DNA of 64,000 nt from an uncultured Gemmatimonadales bacterium (GTDB taxonomy: Bacteria > Gemmatimonadota > Gemmatimonadetes > Longimicrobiales > RSA9): NCBI GenBank assembly GCA_963708135.1, contig OY970192.1, positions 4,352,001 through 4,416,000 on the forward strand, in the 5' to 3' direction. Shown here in pieces: positions 43,936-54,600 of the stretch (within the stretch, counting starts at the first letter, position 1; each line of letters starts with the position of its first letter). The notes below the pieces were generated by a model, which searched no databases, was not told the DNA's origin, and saw nothing but the letters and a program-made list of their open reading frames with translations. The position numbers were made by a program, and so were the translations under genes.

Positions 43936-46299
43936 GTGCCCAGCATCCGCCGTCCGCAGCGCTCGCTCGCCCGCGCGCGCCGCTCTCTTCCTGCCGCCGC
44001 GCTCGCCGCGGGCGTCTTCCTGGCGACGGCTCCGCCGCCGCTCGCCGGCCAGAGGCGATCCGCCGGGCCGGCGCCGGCCGGCGACACCGCCGCCCCCGTA
44101 GCGCCGGGCGACACGGCGGCGCTGCACGCGCGGCTCGGCGAGCTGTTCCTGGACGGCACGTTCCGGGAGGCCCGCTTCGGCCCGGCGCGCTGGCTCGGCG
44201 ACGGCTCCGCCTACACCACGCTGGAGCGCTCGCCGGACCTGGACGGCGCGCGCGACATCGTGCGCTACGAGACGGGAACGGGGAAGCGCAGCGTTCTCGT
44301 GCCGGCTACGCGCCTGGTGCCGCCGGGCTCGAAGACGGCGCTCGAGATCGACGACTACGCCTGGAGCCCCGACGGCACGAAGCTGCTGGTGTTCACGAAC
44401 ACGCGCCGGGTCTGGCGGCGCAACACCCGGGGCGATTACTGGGTGCTCGACCTCGGGACCTGGGCGCTCCGCAAGCTGGGCGGCCCGGACGCGCCGGAGT
44501 CCACGCTGATGTTCGCCAAGTTCTCCCCCCGGGGGGACCGGGTGGCCTACGTGCGGCAGGGCGACCTGTATGTGGAGCGACTCGCGGACGGCGCCATCAC
44601 GCGGCTGACCTCGGATGGCTCGAAGACGCTGGTGAACGGCACTTCCGACTGGGTCTACGAGGAGGAGTTCGACCTGCGGGACGGCTTCCGCTGGTCGCCG
44701 GACGGGACGAAGATCGCGTTCTGGCAGTTCGACATGTCCGGCGTCCGGGACTTCCTGCTGATCGACGACACCGACTCGCTCTACTCCTTCACCGTCCCCG
44801 TGCAGTACCCGAAGGCGGGCACCACGAACTCGGCCGTGCGGGTGGGAGTGGTGCCCGCCGCCGGCGGCGCCACGACGTGGCTCGACGTGCCCGGCGAGGC
44901 GCGCGACAACTACCTCCCGTGGATGGAATGGGTGGATGCCGGCACCATCGCGCTGCAGCGGATGAACCGCGCGCAGGACGAGGACCGCGTGATGCTTGCC
45001 AACGCGGCCACGGGGAAGGCGCGGACGGTGCTCACGGAGAGGGACAGCGCGTGGATCGACCTGCCCGAGGACGTGCCGTGGCTGGACGGCGGGAAGGCAT
45101 TCCTGTGGCCGAGCGAGCGCGACGGCTGGCGCCACCTCTACCGCGTCTCCCGCGACGGGCAGAGCGTGAAGCTGCTCACGCCGGGCGAGTACGACGTGGT
45201 CTCGGTGGCGGGAATGGATGCGAAGCGCGGGTGGCTGTACGTGGTCGCGTCGCCTGAGGACGCCGCCCGCCGCTACCTCTACCGCGTGCCGCTGGCGGGC
45301 GGCAGGCCGACCATGGTGACGCCGTCGGACAAGGGCTGGAACAGCTACGACATCTCGCCCGACGGGCGCTGGGCGATCCACGACTTCTCGACCGCCGACA
45401 CCCCACCCTTCATCGACCTGGTCTCGCTGCCGCAGCACCGCACGGTGCGGGTGCTCGAGGACAACGCCGCGCTGCGCGCCAGGATCGCGCGGCTGGTCGA
45501 GCCGCGTCGCGAGTTCTTTCGCGTCACGATCGCCAATGGCGCGACCATTGACGGGTGGATGCTGTTCCCGCGCGACTTCGATCCCTCGAAGCGCTACCCG
45601 ATGCTCTGGTACGTCTACAGCGAGCCGGCGGCGCAGACGGCCGTGGACCGCTGGAGCGGCAGCCAGGGGCTGTGGTTCCGCACGCTCGCGGACCAGGGCT
45701 ATATCGTGGCCACGGCGGACAACCGCGGCACCCCGGCGCCGAAGGGGCGCGCGTGGAGGAAGGCGCTCTACCACAGGATCGGCATTCTGAACAGCGCCGA
45801 GCAGGCCGACGCCGTGCGCACGCTCGAGGCGCGCCGCCCCTACATCGATCCTGCCCGCGTGGGTGTGTGGGGCTGGAGCGGCGGCGGCTCGGAGACGCTG
45901 AACCTCATGTTCCGCTCGCCCGACATCTTCTCGGTCGGCATGAGCGTCGCGCCGGTGCCGGACGAGCGGCTCTACGACACGGTCTACCAGGAGCGCTACA
46001 TGGGGCTGCCGCAGGTGGACTCCGCGGGCTACCGCGAGGGCTCGCCGATCAATCACGCGGAGGGGCTGCGCGGCTCGCTGCTGGTGGTCCACGGCAGCGG
46101 CGACGACAACGTGCACTACCAGGGCACGGAGCGGCTGGTCAACCGGCTGGTCGAGCTCGGCAAGCCATTCCAGCTGATGGTCTACCCGAACCGCACGCAC
46201 TGCATCTGCCAGGGGCGGGGAACGACGCTGCACGTGTACTCTCTTCTGACGCGATATCTGGAGACGCACCTGGCGGCCGGGCCGCGGGCGGGGATGTGA
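43936..46299 (+). CDS. S9 dipeptidyl-peptidase IV family protein
   Basis: NGTSDWVYEEE, YPKAG, DNRG, GWSGGG, HG.GDDNVH, YP..TH; GTG start with GGGAGG RBS. Confidence 0.94.
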   Translation: MPSIRRPQRSLARARRSLPAAALAAGVFLATAPPPLAGQRRSAGPAPAGDTAAPVAPGDTAALHARLGELFLDGTFREARFGPARWLGDGSAYTTLERSPDLDGARDIVRYETGTGKRSVLVPATRLVPPGSKTALEIDDYAWSPDGTKLLVFTNTRRVWRRNTRGDYWVLDLGTWALRKLGGPDAPESTLMFAKFSPRGDRVAYVRQGDLYVERLADGAITRLTSDGSKTLVNGTSDWVYEEEFDLRDGFRWSPDGTKIAFWQFDMSGVRDFLLIDDTDSLYSFTVPVQYPKAGTTNSAVRVGVVPAAGGATTWLDVPGEARDNYLPWMEWVDAGTIALQRMNRAQDEDRVMLANAATGKARTVLTERDSAWIDLPEDVPWLDGGKAFLWPSERDGWRHLYRVSRDGQSVKLLTPGEYDVVSVAGMDAKRGWLYVVASPEDAARRYLYRVPLAGGRPTMVTPSDKGWNSYDISPDGRWAIHDFSTADTPPFIDLVSLPQHRTVRVLEDNAALRARIARLVEPRREFFRVTIANGATIDGWMLFPRDFDPSKRYPMLWYVYSEPAAQTAVDRWSGSQGLWFRTLADQGYIVATADNRGTPAPKGRAWRKALYHRIGILNSAEQADAVRTLEARRPYIDPARVGVWGWSGGGSETLNLMFRSPDIFSVGMSVAPVPDERLYDTVYQERYMGLPQVDSAGYREGSPINHAEGLRGSLLVVHGSGDDNVHYQGTERLVNRLVELGKPFQLMVYPNRTHCICQGRGTTLHVYSLLTRYLETHLAAGPRAGM

Positions 46300-46470
46300 G
46301 GTTGGGGTTGGGTTTTGGTTTTGGTTTTGGTTTGGGTTCTGGTTTTGGTCGTTCGGTCTAGTGGGCGCATTCGCGGACGGCGTGGCCCCGCCGGCCCTGC
46401 ACTCGCCCGATCGCCGAACCCGCCGCCAAACCACAACCAAAACCACAACCAAAACCACAACCAAAACCTC
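46298..46470. repeat. Fold-back element with hexamer simple-repeat arms
   Basis: Left arm of (TTTGGT)-like units and right arm of alternating CCACAA/CCAAAA. Terminal GAGG/CCTC and inner GTTCGG/CCGAAC pairs. Confidence 0.85.
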
Positions 46471-46504
46471 TCGCTCTAGAGCCTGAATCCTTGGCAGGGG
46501 CCGC

Positions 46505-48085
46505 ATGGCCCTGGGAGGGCCGTTGTCCACCTCCGTCGAACGCATGCGGGCCCACAAGTGGGTCATCGCGGGGACCGTGCTGACCGGCACCATCATGGCG
46601 GTGCTGGACTCGAGCATCGTCAACGTGGCGCTGCCGGACATGCGCGGCACGCTGGGCGCGACGGTGGAGGAGATCACGTGGGTGGTGACGGGCTACATCC
46701 TGGCCAACGTCATCATCATGCCGATCACGGCGCTGCTCTCGGCCAGGTACGGGCGGAAAAACTTCTACATGGCGAGCGTGGCGGCGTTCACGCTCGCGTC
46801 CATGTTGTGCGGGCTGGCGCGCTCGCTGCCCACCATGACGTTCTTCCGGATCATCCAGGGGATCGGCGGCGGGGTGCTGATCACGGTGTCGCAGGCCATC
46901 CTGCGCGAGACGTTCCCGCTCGAGGAGCAGGGGCTGGCCATGGGGATTTACGGCATGGGCGTGGTGCTCGCGCCCGCATTCGGTCCCACGCTGGGCGGCT
47001 GGATCACCGACAACTACTCCTGGCCGTGGGTCTTCTACATCAACGTGCCGATCGGGGCGCTGAACCTGCTGCTCGTCTCGCGCTACATCGAGGATCCGGA
47101 CTACCTCGTGCGCGAGAAGGGGACGATCGACTGGATCGGCCTCGCGCTCATGACGACCGGGCTCGGCGCGCTGCAGCTCATGCTGGAGAAGGGGGAGGAG
47201 AAGGACTGGTTCACGTCCGGCTTCATCGTCGCGCTGGCCGTGACGGCCGCGCTCGGGCTCGTGCTCTTCGTCTGGAGGGAGCTCGTCATCCGCCGGCCGG
47301 CGGTGGATCTCCGCATCCTGAAGGACACCTCCTTCACCTCGGCCACGGCGATCGGCGGCGTGCTGGGCATGGGGCTCCTGGGCAGTCTGTTCCTGCTGCC
47401 GCTCTTCCTCCAGAACCTGCTCGGCTACAGCGCCATGATGTCGGGCATCGTGCTCATGCCGCGCAGCCTGGCCATGGCCGTGATCATGCCCATCGGCGGC
47501 GCGTTCTACAACCGGCTGGGTCCCAAGCTGCTGGTCGGCGCCGGCCTGGCCGTCAGCGCCTTCTCGTTCTGGCAGCTCTCGCACCTCAGCCTGGATGTGA
47601 GCTTCTGGAGCATCTTCTGGCCGCAGGTCTGGCAGGGCGTCGGCTTCTCGCTCATCTTCGTCGCCCTCTCCACCGCCGCCCTCGCCACCATCCCGCGCGC
47701 CCGCATGACGCAGGCGACCGGGCTCTACAACGTCGTCCGCCAGGTCTTCGGCAGCATCGGCATCGCCATCGCGGCGACGGAGCTCACGCGCGGCATCTCG
47801 CGCTACTCCTTCACGCTCGGCTCCCGCCTCACGCCCTACGACCCACTCACCCGCGCCTGGCTCGCCCGCGTGACCGCCGGCATGATCGCCGCTGGCGCCG
47901 ACCGCTTCACCGCCGCCCGCCGCGCGCTCCAGCTGCTGGCCTACCAGGTCGAGCGCCAGGCGGCCGTGCTCTCCTACAACCACGTCTTCCTGCTCACCAC
48001 CGTGCTCTTCGCCCTGGCCGTGCCGCTCGTGCTGCTGCTGCGCCGGCCCGAAGGGGATGTGGACGTGGAGATCGTGGCGGAGTAG
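46505..48085 (+). CDS. DHA2 (EmrB/QacA) MFS efflux permease
   Basis: LDSSIVNVALP, WVVTGY, RIIQGIGGG, GPTLGG, WPWVFYINVPIG; about 14 TM helices. Confidence 0.95.
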   Translation: MALGGPLSTSVERMRAHKWVIAGTVLTGTIMAVLDSSIVNVALPDMRGTLGATVEEITWVVTGYILANVIIMPITALLSARYGRKNFYMASVAAFTLASMLCGLARSLPTMTFFRIIQGIGGGVLITVSQAILRETFPLEEQGLAMGIYGMGVVLAPAFGPTLGGWITDNYSWPWVFYINVPIGALNLLLVSRYIEDPDYLVREKGTIDWIGLALMTTGLGALQLMLEKGEEKDWFTSGFIVALAVTAALGLVLFVWRELVIRRPAVDLRILKDTSFTSATAIGGVLGMGLLGSLFLLPLFLQNLLGYSAMMSGIVLMPRSLAMAVIMPIGGAFYNRLGPKLLVGAGLAVSAFSFWQLSHLSLDVSFWSIFWPQVWQGVGFSLIFVALSTAALATIPRARMTQATGLYNVVRQVFGSIGIAIAATELTRGISRYSFTLGSRLTPYDPLTRAWLARVTAGMIAAGADRFTAARRALQLLAYQVERQAAVLSYNHVFLLTTVLFALAVPLVLLLRRPEGDVDVEIVAE

Positions 48086-48434
48086 GGAGCGGCAATTCGG
48101 GTTCCCCTTCTCGCCGCCGTTCGCCCTGTTGATCGGAATTCGAGAAGAAAGGCGCACCGGCCGCCTCTCGGCGACGCTGCGACCGCGATCTTGCTCGATT
48201 TCCGGGATGATTCGGGATCTGGACGGCTTGCCGCCCGCCCGTTGCGCGATCTTGATCGCCCCGCGAGTGGCTTCGCGGCCCGGGAGCCGCCGGCCACGCG
48301 CCCGAGCATCAGCAGCAGAATTGCGTTCATCGGCCGGATTCCATGGGGCCGTCCGGTCCACCGGGCGGCGCCCGGCGCGCGGGCGGGGTAGGCCGGCGGC
48401 GATGAGCCTGTCAAGGCAACACTTTCCAGGCGCG

Positions 48435-51400
48435 CTACGGCGCCCGCTCGAGCAGCTCGCCAATCATCTCCGCGACGCGGACCCGAGCGGCCTCGGCCTC
48501 GGGCGGCGTCGGCTCCTTCTCGACCGCGCTGCCGGTGCGTGAGAAGAGGAAGCTGAAGCGCTCAGGCGGCAGGCCGGTCAGCTCGAGCAGCGCGGCCACG
48601 TAGACATCGCGCTGGAGGGCGTACTTCGCCGCCTCGCGCGCCTCCTGTCCCGGCCGGATCAGGTTCGACTTGTAGTCAACGACGTCGCCCACCGCGCGCT
48701 CGCCCAGGCCGGCGAGGTCCAGCGCGCCGCGCACGAGGACGGGGTGCTCCGCCGCCTCGCCGGCGGGCAGGATCCAGGTGAAGGCGAGCTCGCGCTCGGC
48801 GCGCGCGTCCTCCGCGAGCAGCGGGGCCACGCGCGGGTGGCGGGCCGTCCGCTCGACCATCCCGGCGAGCTCCTCGCGCAGCCGTGCGCGCGCATCCTGC
48901 GCGTCCTCCGGGCCCATGGTCCCGCCCAGCTCGCGGTCGAGGAGCGCCTCGAGGTCGGCCAGGGTGCGCAGCCGCTCCAGGATGCCGTGGAGCATCGTGC
49001 CCACGTCGGCGCCCGCGAGCCCTCCGTCCCGTCCGGTCGCCGCGACGTCCGAACCGAAGCGCGGCGGCAGGCCGAGGTCGTAGGTGCGCCGGTGGTCCCA
49101 GCGGCTGCGGCGGAACGCCATGAGCTCCGTGGCCGAGTGGACCCTGCGGTCCGGCGGCGCGGGCACGGGTGCCATGCGCGCGGCGAGGGCGTCGTCGCCG
49201 GAGGCGGAGTCGAGCTCCTCCGGGTCCGGGGGCTCCGGGGGCTCGGCGGCGGCGGGAGCGGCATCGATCCCGGTCCGGAGCGCGCCGGTCCAGCGGACGC
49301 CGTCCCACGCGTAGCGCAGCTCGCCGCCATCCCGTGCGAGCGCATGGCAGAGCCACTGCGCCGCCTTCTTCGCGTCCGCCTCCACCGAAACGGCGGCTCC
49401 GGCGGGCGCGTCCTTCCACGGCTCGATGGAGAAGGCGCCATCACCGACGCAGAGGATCAGGCGGTCCCGGGCGCGGGTCGCGCCCACGTACCAGATCCGC
49501 TTCTCCTCTATGCGCGAAGCGGCCCGGTCGCGCTCGCGCAGGTGCTCGTACGCGCCGGGCAGGCGCTCGTCCTTGTCCGCGTCGTCGTCCTCGCAGCGGA
49601 TCGCGATGCCGTCCTCGGGATCGAGGAAGAGCCCGGCGTCGCGCCCGCCGCCGCCAGCGATGTCGCTCTCGAGGTCCGCGAGCACCACGACCGGCCACTC
49701 CAGCCCCTTGGCGCCGTGGATCGTGCTGAGCGTGACCACGTTCTCGCCCTCGGTGTGGAGGCCCGCCTCGGCCTCCGTCTCGGCGCCGGCGCGCGCCTCG
49801 AGAAAGTCCACCAGCTCGCGCAGCGACCACGCGGGATGTGCGGCGGCGAGGGCGAGGAGCTTCCGGACGTTGGCGGCTGCGACGTCGCCTCCCTCCTCGA
49901 ACAGCAGCTGCGCCACGTAGCCGGACTCCTCGAGCGCCCGCTCCAGCAGCGCGGCCGGCGGGACCCGATCGCGCAGCGCGCGCAGCCGCTCGAGCCAGCG
50001 CCGTCCCTCCTCCAGCCGCTCGCGCTGCGCGGGCTCCGGTACGTCGGCGTGGAGCCCGCGGCGGAGCGGGCGCCCCCGTTCCGCGGCGAGGCGGACGCGC
50101 AGCAGCGTGGCATCACTCAGGGCGACGAAGGGCGAGCGCAGGATGGCGGCGAGCGCGACATCGTCGGCAGGGTCCGCGAGCCAGGCCATGAGCATGTGCA
50201 GGTCGGCCACCTCGCGGCGGTCGAAGAAGCCGGTGTTGCCGCCCACGCGGTACGGCACGCGGTGCCGGCGCAGCGCGGCCTCGTAGTGGCCGAGCGCCGT
50301 TCGGGTGCGGAACAGGATGGCGAAGCTCTTCCACATGAGACCGCCCCGGGTGAGCTCCAGCATGCGGGCGACAACGCGCTCCGCCTCCTCCGTGCGGCGC
50401 GCGTCCGCGGATCCGCCGGGCACGAGGAGCACCTCGACGAGCCCGGCCTCGCCGTCGTCGCCGCGGTGCGGGCGGAGCGGCGTGTAGGCCACCTCGTGCG
50501 GGTCCGCCTGCGCGCGGGCCTCGTCGCCGATCAGCGGGGCGAACACGGCGTTCACGTAATCGACGATCGGTGCGCGGCTGCGGAAGTTGACGTCCAGGCG
50601 GACGGGCTCGCTGCCCAGCCTCCGGAAGTCCGCGGCGACGCGGTTCCAGAGGCGGACGTCGGCGCGGCGGAAGCGGTAGATGCTCTGCTTCGGATCGCCC
50701 ACGATGCAGAGCCGGGGCGCCTGCGGCAGCTCGGCGGGAAGCCCGCACAGCGCGTAGGCGATGGCCTTCTGCGCCGGATCCGTGTCCTGGAACTCGTCGA
50801 TGAAGAGCCAGCGCAGGCGGGCGCGCAGCGCGGCGAGCACGTCCGCGCGGTCGCGCAGCAGGTCGCGGGCGCGGTAGATGAGGGCATCGAAGTCGAGCGC
50901 GCGCTCGCGGTCGAGCATCGCGTCGAGCCGGTCGCGGGCGCGGCAGGCCAGGCCCGCCGCGGCGGCCGCGAGCTCCGCGGCGGCGTCGTCGTGCCGCCGC
51001 CACGGCGCGCCGCGCGACTCGAGGAGCGACCTCAGCCGCGCCGTCCGGGCGGCGCCATCCAGGCCCTCGCACCACGCGGCGTAGGCATGGCGCGTCGCCT
51101 CGCCGGCGGCGAGCGCGCCCTCGACGAGCGCCGTCGTCGCGCGCAGTCCGAAGCGGGCGAGCAGCGCGCCGACGGCCGCGCCAGCGGGGGGGCCGGACAT
51201 GGAGGCGAAGACCTCCTCCCGCACCGCGTCCCGCCGCAGCAGCGCGGACTCGGCCTCGTCGAGCACGCGGAAGCCGGGATCGAGCCCCGCGCGCAGCCCG
51301 AACTCGCGCAGGACGCTGCCGCAGAAGGCGTGGATGGTGCCGATGCGGGCGCGCTCGACCTGGTGCACGCGACGGCGCCAGATCCGCTCGCCGGTGAGGG

Positions 51401-51659
51401 CGGCCTGCTCGCGCATGGCGGCGCGGAGCGACTCCTTCAGGTCGGCGGCGGCGGCGTTGGTGAAGGTGATGGCCGCGATCCGGTCGAGCTCGCAGCGGCG
51501 CTCCGGGGGCGGCGGCGGGATGTCGGGCAGGGCGGCGCCGAGCAGGTGCATTATCTTGCCGACGAGCGTGGTGGTCTTGCCGGAGCCCGCGCCCGCCTCG
51601 ATGAGCAGGTGCGTGGTGCGCCCGATCGCCTCGCGTTGCGCCTCGGTGTAGGGCCTCAT
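48435..51659 (-). CDS. addA: AddA-like UvrD helicase with C-terminal PD-(D/E)XK nuclease
   Basis: AGAGSGKT, AITFT..AA, TIHAFC, IDEFQDT, VGDPKQSIYRFR, NFRS, TIHGAKGLEW, YVGATRA, G.LDL..VDYKS. Confidence 0.9.
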   Translation of the reverse strand: MRPYTEAQREAIGRTTHLLIEAGAGSGKTTTLVGKIMHLLGAALPDIPPPPPERRCELDRIAAITFTNAAAADLKESLRAAMREQAALTGERIWRRRVHQVERARIGTIHAFCGSVLREFGLRAGLDPGFRVLDEAESALLRRDAVREEVFASMSGPPAGAAVGALLARFGLRATTALVEGALAAGEATRHAYAAWCEGLDGAARTARLRSLLESRGAPWRRHDDAAAELAAAAAGLACRARDRLDAMLDRERALDFDALIYRARDLLRDRADVLAALRARLRWLFIDEFQDTDPAQKAIAYALCGLPAELPQAPRLCIVGDPKQSIYRFRRADVRLWNRVAADFRRLGSEPVRLDVNFRSRAPIVDYVNAVFAPLIGDEARAQADPHEVAYTPLRPHRGDDGEAGLVEVLLVPGGSADARRTEEAERVVARMLELTRGGLMWKSFAILFRTRTALGHYEAALRRHRVPYRVGGNTGFFDRREVADLHMLMAWLADPADDVALAAILRSPFVALSDATLLRVRLAAERGRPLRRGLHADVPEPAQRERLEEGRRWLERLRALRDRVPPAALLERALEESGYVAQLLFEEGGDVAAANVRKLLALAAAHPAWSLRELVDFLEARAGAETEAEAGLHTEGENVVTLSTIHGAKGLEWPVVVLADLESDIAGGGGRDAGLFLDPEDGIAIRCEDDDADKDERLPGAYEHLRERDRAASRIEEKRIWYVGATRARDRLILCVGDGAFSIEPWKDAPAGAAVSVEADAKKAAQWLCHALARDGGELRYAWDGVRWTGALRTGIDAAPAAAEPPEPPDPEELDSASGDDALAARMAPVPAPPDRRVHSATELMAFRRSRWDHRRTYDLGLPPRFGSDVAATGRDGGLAGADVGTMLHGILERLRTLADLEALLDRELGGTMGPEDAQDARARLREELAGMVERTARHPRVAPLLAEDARAERELAFTWILPAGEAAEHPVLVRGALDLAGLGERAVGDVVDYKSNLIRPGQEAREAAKYALQRDVYVAALLELTGLPPERFSFLFSRTGSAVEKEPTPPEAEAARVRVAEMIGELLERAP

Positions 51660-54600
51660 CCGTGGTACTCCCGGCAGACGGCGCGCGCGGCGCAGTAGGC
51701 GGGGCAGGCGCAGCCGGTCGGGGTGGCGGCGGGGAAACGCCCGGCCGCGATGTTCGTGGCATGCTCGATCGCGTGGCGGACGGCGGCCTCGATCTCCTCG
51801 GTGGCCTTCCGCTGCTTCTCGGTCTCCTCGCGCTTGATGCCGGCCTTGACCAGCGAGGTGGGCGAGAGCGACGCCTTGTGGTCGGGGTCGCCGATGATCT
51901 GGTAGCTGCCGCCCCACACGCCGAGGCCCGCCTCGCCCACCGCCTCGAGGGCGCGCATGTAGATCGGCAGCTGGAGGAGCGCGCCCGCCGCCCGCCGCGC
52001 GCCAATGTGGTCGAACGCGGCCGCGCTCGTCTTGTGGTCCACCACGTAGCGCCAGCCGCGGGCGCGCGGGTCGACGATCTCGTCCACCCTGTCGATGCGG
52101 CCGCGCACGCGGATGCTCCGGCCGTCCGCCTCGATCTCGACCGTCTCCCACTGGTCGCCCGGCGCGCCGAAGGCGAGCTCCGTGAAGAGCGGCGCCCGCG
52201 CGGGCCGGACGGTCGAGCCCTTTGCGTTCTCGGCCATCTCCCAGTGGACGTAGCGCATGAGCATCCGGCGCAGATTGGCCAGCCGCGGCTCGCGCAGCTC
52301 GGGGGCACCCGCCCAGCCGCCGTCGCCTTCCGCTTCGAGCTCTTCGGGGAGGATGCGCTCGAGCAGCGCGGCGGCATCGTCCTCGTGCGCCGGATCGAGC
52401 GCCGCATCGCCGTAGCGGTCGCGCAGCTCCACGTCGAGCCGGGCTAGCGTGGCATGCAGGACCTTGCCGCGGGTGGCGGCGTCCAGGTCGTCATCCGCCT
52501 CATCGACGGAGGCGAGGCCCAGCACCTGCTCGGCGAAGAAGCGGAAGCCGCAGAAGCCGTAGGTCTCGAGCCGGCTGGCACTCCACGGCCGCTCGCCCCA
52601 GCGCGCGCGCAGCGCCTCCCGCAGGTCCGCGGCGTCGATCCGACCGTTGTAGGCGTGGAGCCGCTCGAGCCGGCTCGCGGTCTCCGACTCCCGCGTGCGC
52701 GCCCGGACCCACTCGACCCAGGCGCCGCGGAGCGCCCCTCGGGTGGGGCCCGGCGCCGCGTCGAGCAGCGTCCGCAGCAGCGCGCGGGGCCGCGCGTGCC
52801 CGGACGGCTGGTCCCGCCAATCCCGCGCGGCGAACAGCAGCGCCTCGCCCGGCGAGCGGATGGCGGCGAGGTCCGAGGGCACGAGCGCGGAGCCGGGGGG
52901 CCGCCGCGCCCACGCCTCAAGGTCCGTTCCGAGCAGCAGCGCGCACTCCTCGAGGTAGGGCGAGGCGAGGCGGGCGGCGCCGCCGGGGTCCGCGGCCGCG
53001 TAGCTCAACGCGAGCGTCCGCCTCGCGCCGGCCACGAGCTCGCGGAAGAGAGAGGCCTCCCGGGCGAACCACGCGGCCTCGGGCCGGAAGGGCAGCCCGG
53101 CGCGCTCGAGCGCCTCCGCCTCCTGATCCGAGAAGAGCGGCTGCGCCGGCGGATCGGCGGGGATCTCGCCGGCGGCCATGCCGATGATGAACAGGTGGTC
53201 GAAGGGGCGGCCGACCGCGGCGAGCGACTCGAGCACGTGGACCCCGCCGCGCTCCGGCGTCCAGAGGGCGAAGTCGGCATCCTGGAGGCGCGAGGTCAGC
53301 TCCGCGTGCCACGCGGCGGGCTCGAGCGGGCCGTCCGCCTCCGGATCGAGGGCGAGCGCGCGCCGCCAGTCGCGGAGCGCGTCGGTGGCCGTGGCGAGGC
53401 CCTGGAGGTCCAGCCGCACGGCCTCGACGGCCAGCGGGTCGGCCTCGCGGCCGCCGGGGAGCGCACGGGCGCAGTGCTCCAGCCGCCACGGCGCATCCGC
53501 GTCCGCCTCGCCGAGCACCCGGAGCGCGAGGTCGATCCAGGCCGAGCGGCGGCGGGTTTCCTCGAGGGCGGCGGCGTGCGCGGCGAAGCCCTCGATCCGC
53601 TCGGCGGCCGCGCGCAGCCGCGTCGCCGACGGGCCGCGCGGCCGCGGCTCGGCCTCGTCCGCTTCCGCGGCTTCGGCCCGCGCCGCGAGGCCTTCGAGCA
53701 CCGTCCGCCACCGGGCCAGCGTGTCGGGCCGAGCCTGGCCCGCGGCGAAGGCCAGCGCGCCGCCGTCCAGGTCGAGCTCGAAGTACGGCGACTCCGCCAG
53801 GTCGAGCAGCACGCGCCGGCTCCAGCCTTCCGCCGCCACCCGGAAGAGCCGCAGCAGCGCCGCCACCGCCGGAATCTCCGCCGCGCGGTAGCGGATCCTG
53901 GCCGTCACGGGCACCCCCTGCCGGCGGAGCTCGTGGGCCAGGCGCGGCCCCTCCGGCCGGAGCGCCCGCACCACCACGGCGATCCTGCGCGGCTCCACGC
54001 GCTCCTCCGCGATCAGCCGCTTGGCCTCGCGCGCCACGTCGGCCAGCTCGCGCGCGCCGTCCGGCAGGACCGCCGCACCCACACCGGCCGCACCCTCGTC
54101 CTCCGCGCCGCCGTCCTGCGTCAGGAAGAGCTCGGCCGAGAGCCGGGCGATCCCGGCGGGGCGGGGCGCCGCCTCGAGGGCGACGACCTCGTCCGCGCGC
54201 CGCCGGAGCGCCTCGACCAGCTCGTGCTCCGCCAGCCGCTCCAGCGGCGCGGCCCGCGGCGAGGCGGCGAGAACGAGGACACGCAGCTCGCGGATCGCGG
54301 CGGACTCGCGCAGCGCATCCAGCAGCAGCTCCCAGCCGCCGCTCAGGTCGGTCAGCCCGAGCAGCCACAGGTCGAGCGGCCGGCCGGCCGGCGCGAACGG
54401 CCGCGCGAGGCGCCGCGCGAGCCGCCCGGGATCGTTGCGGACCACGCGGGCTGCCCGCGCCGCCGCATCCCGCCCGTCCACCCGCGGCCGACCGCCCAGG
54501 GGCGGCAGCGCCGCCACGGCCTCGAGCCAGTCCGCGTAGAGCGTGCGCAGGTCGGCGTCGCGGGCACGCTCCCACGCCCCGCCGCTCAGCCGCTCCAGCG

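Noticed and set aside
48086..48434. Possible minus-strand gene starting MNAILLLMLG
   Set aside because: No RBS, poor codon bias, and it runs antisense into the MFS gene. At most a decayed remnant.
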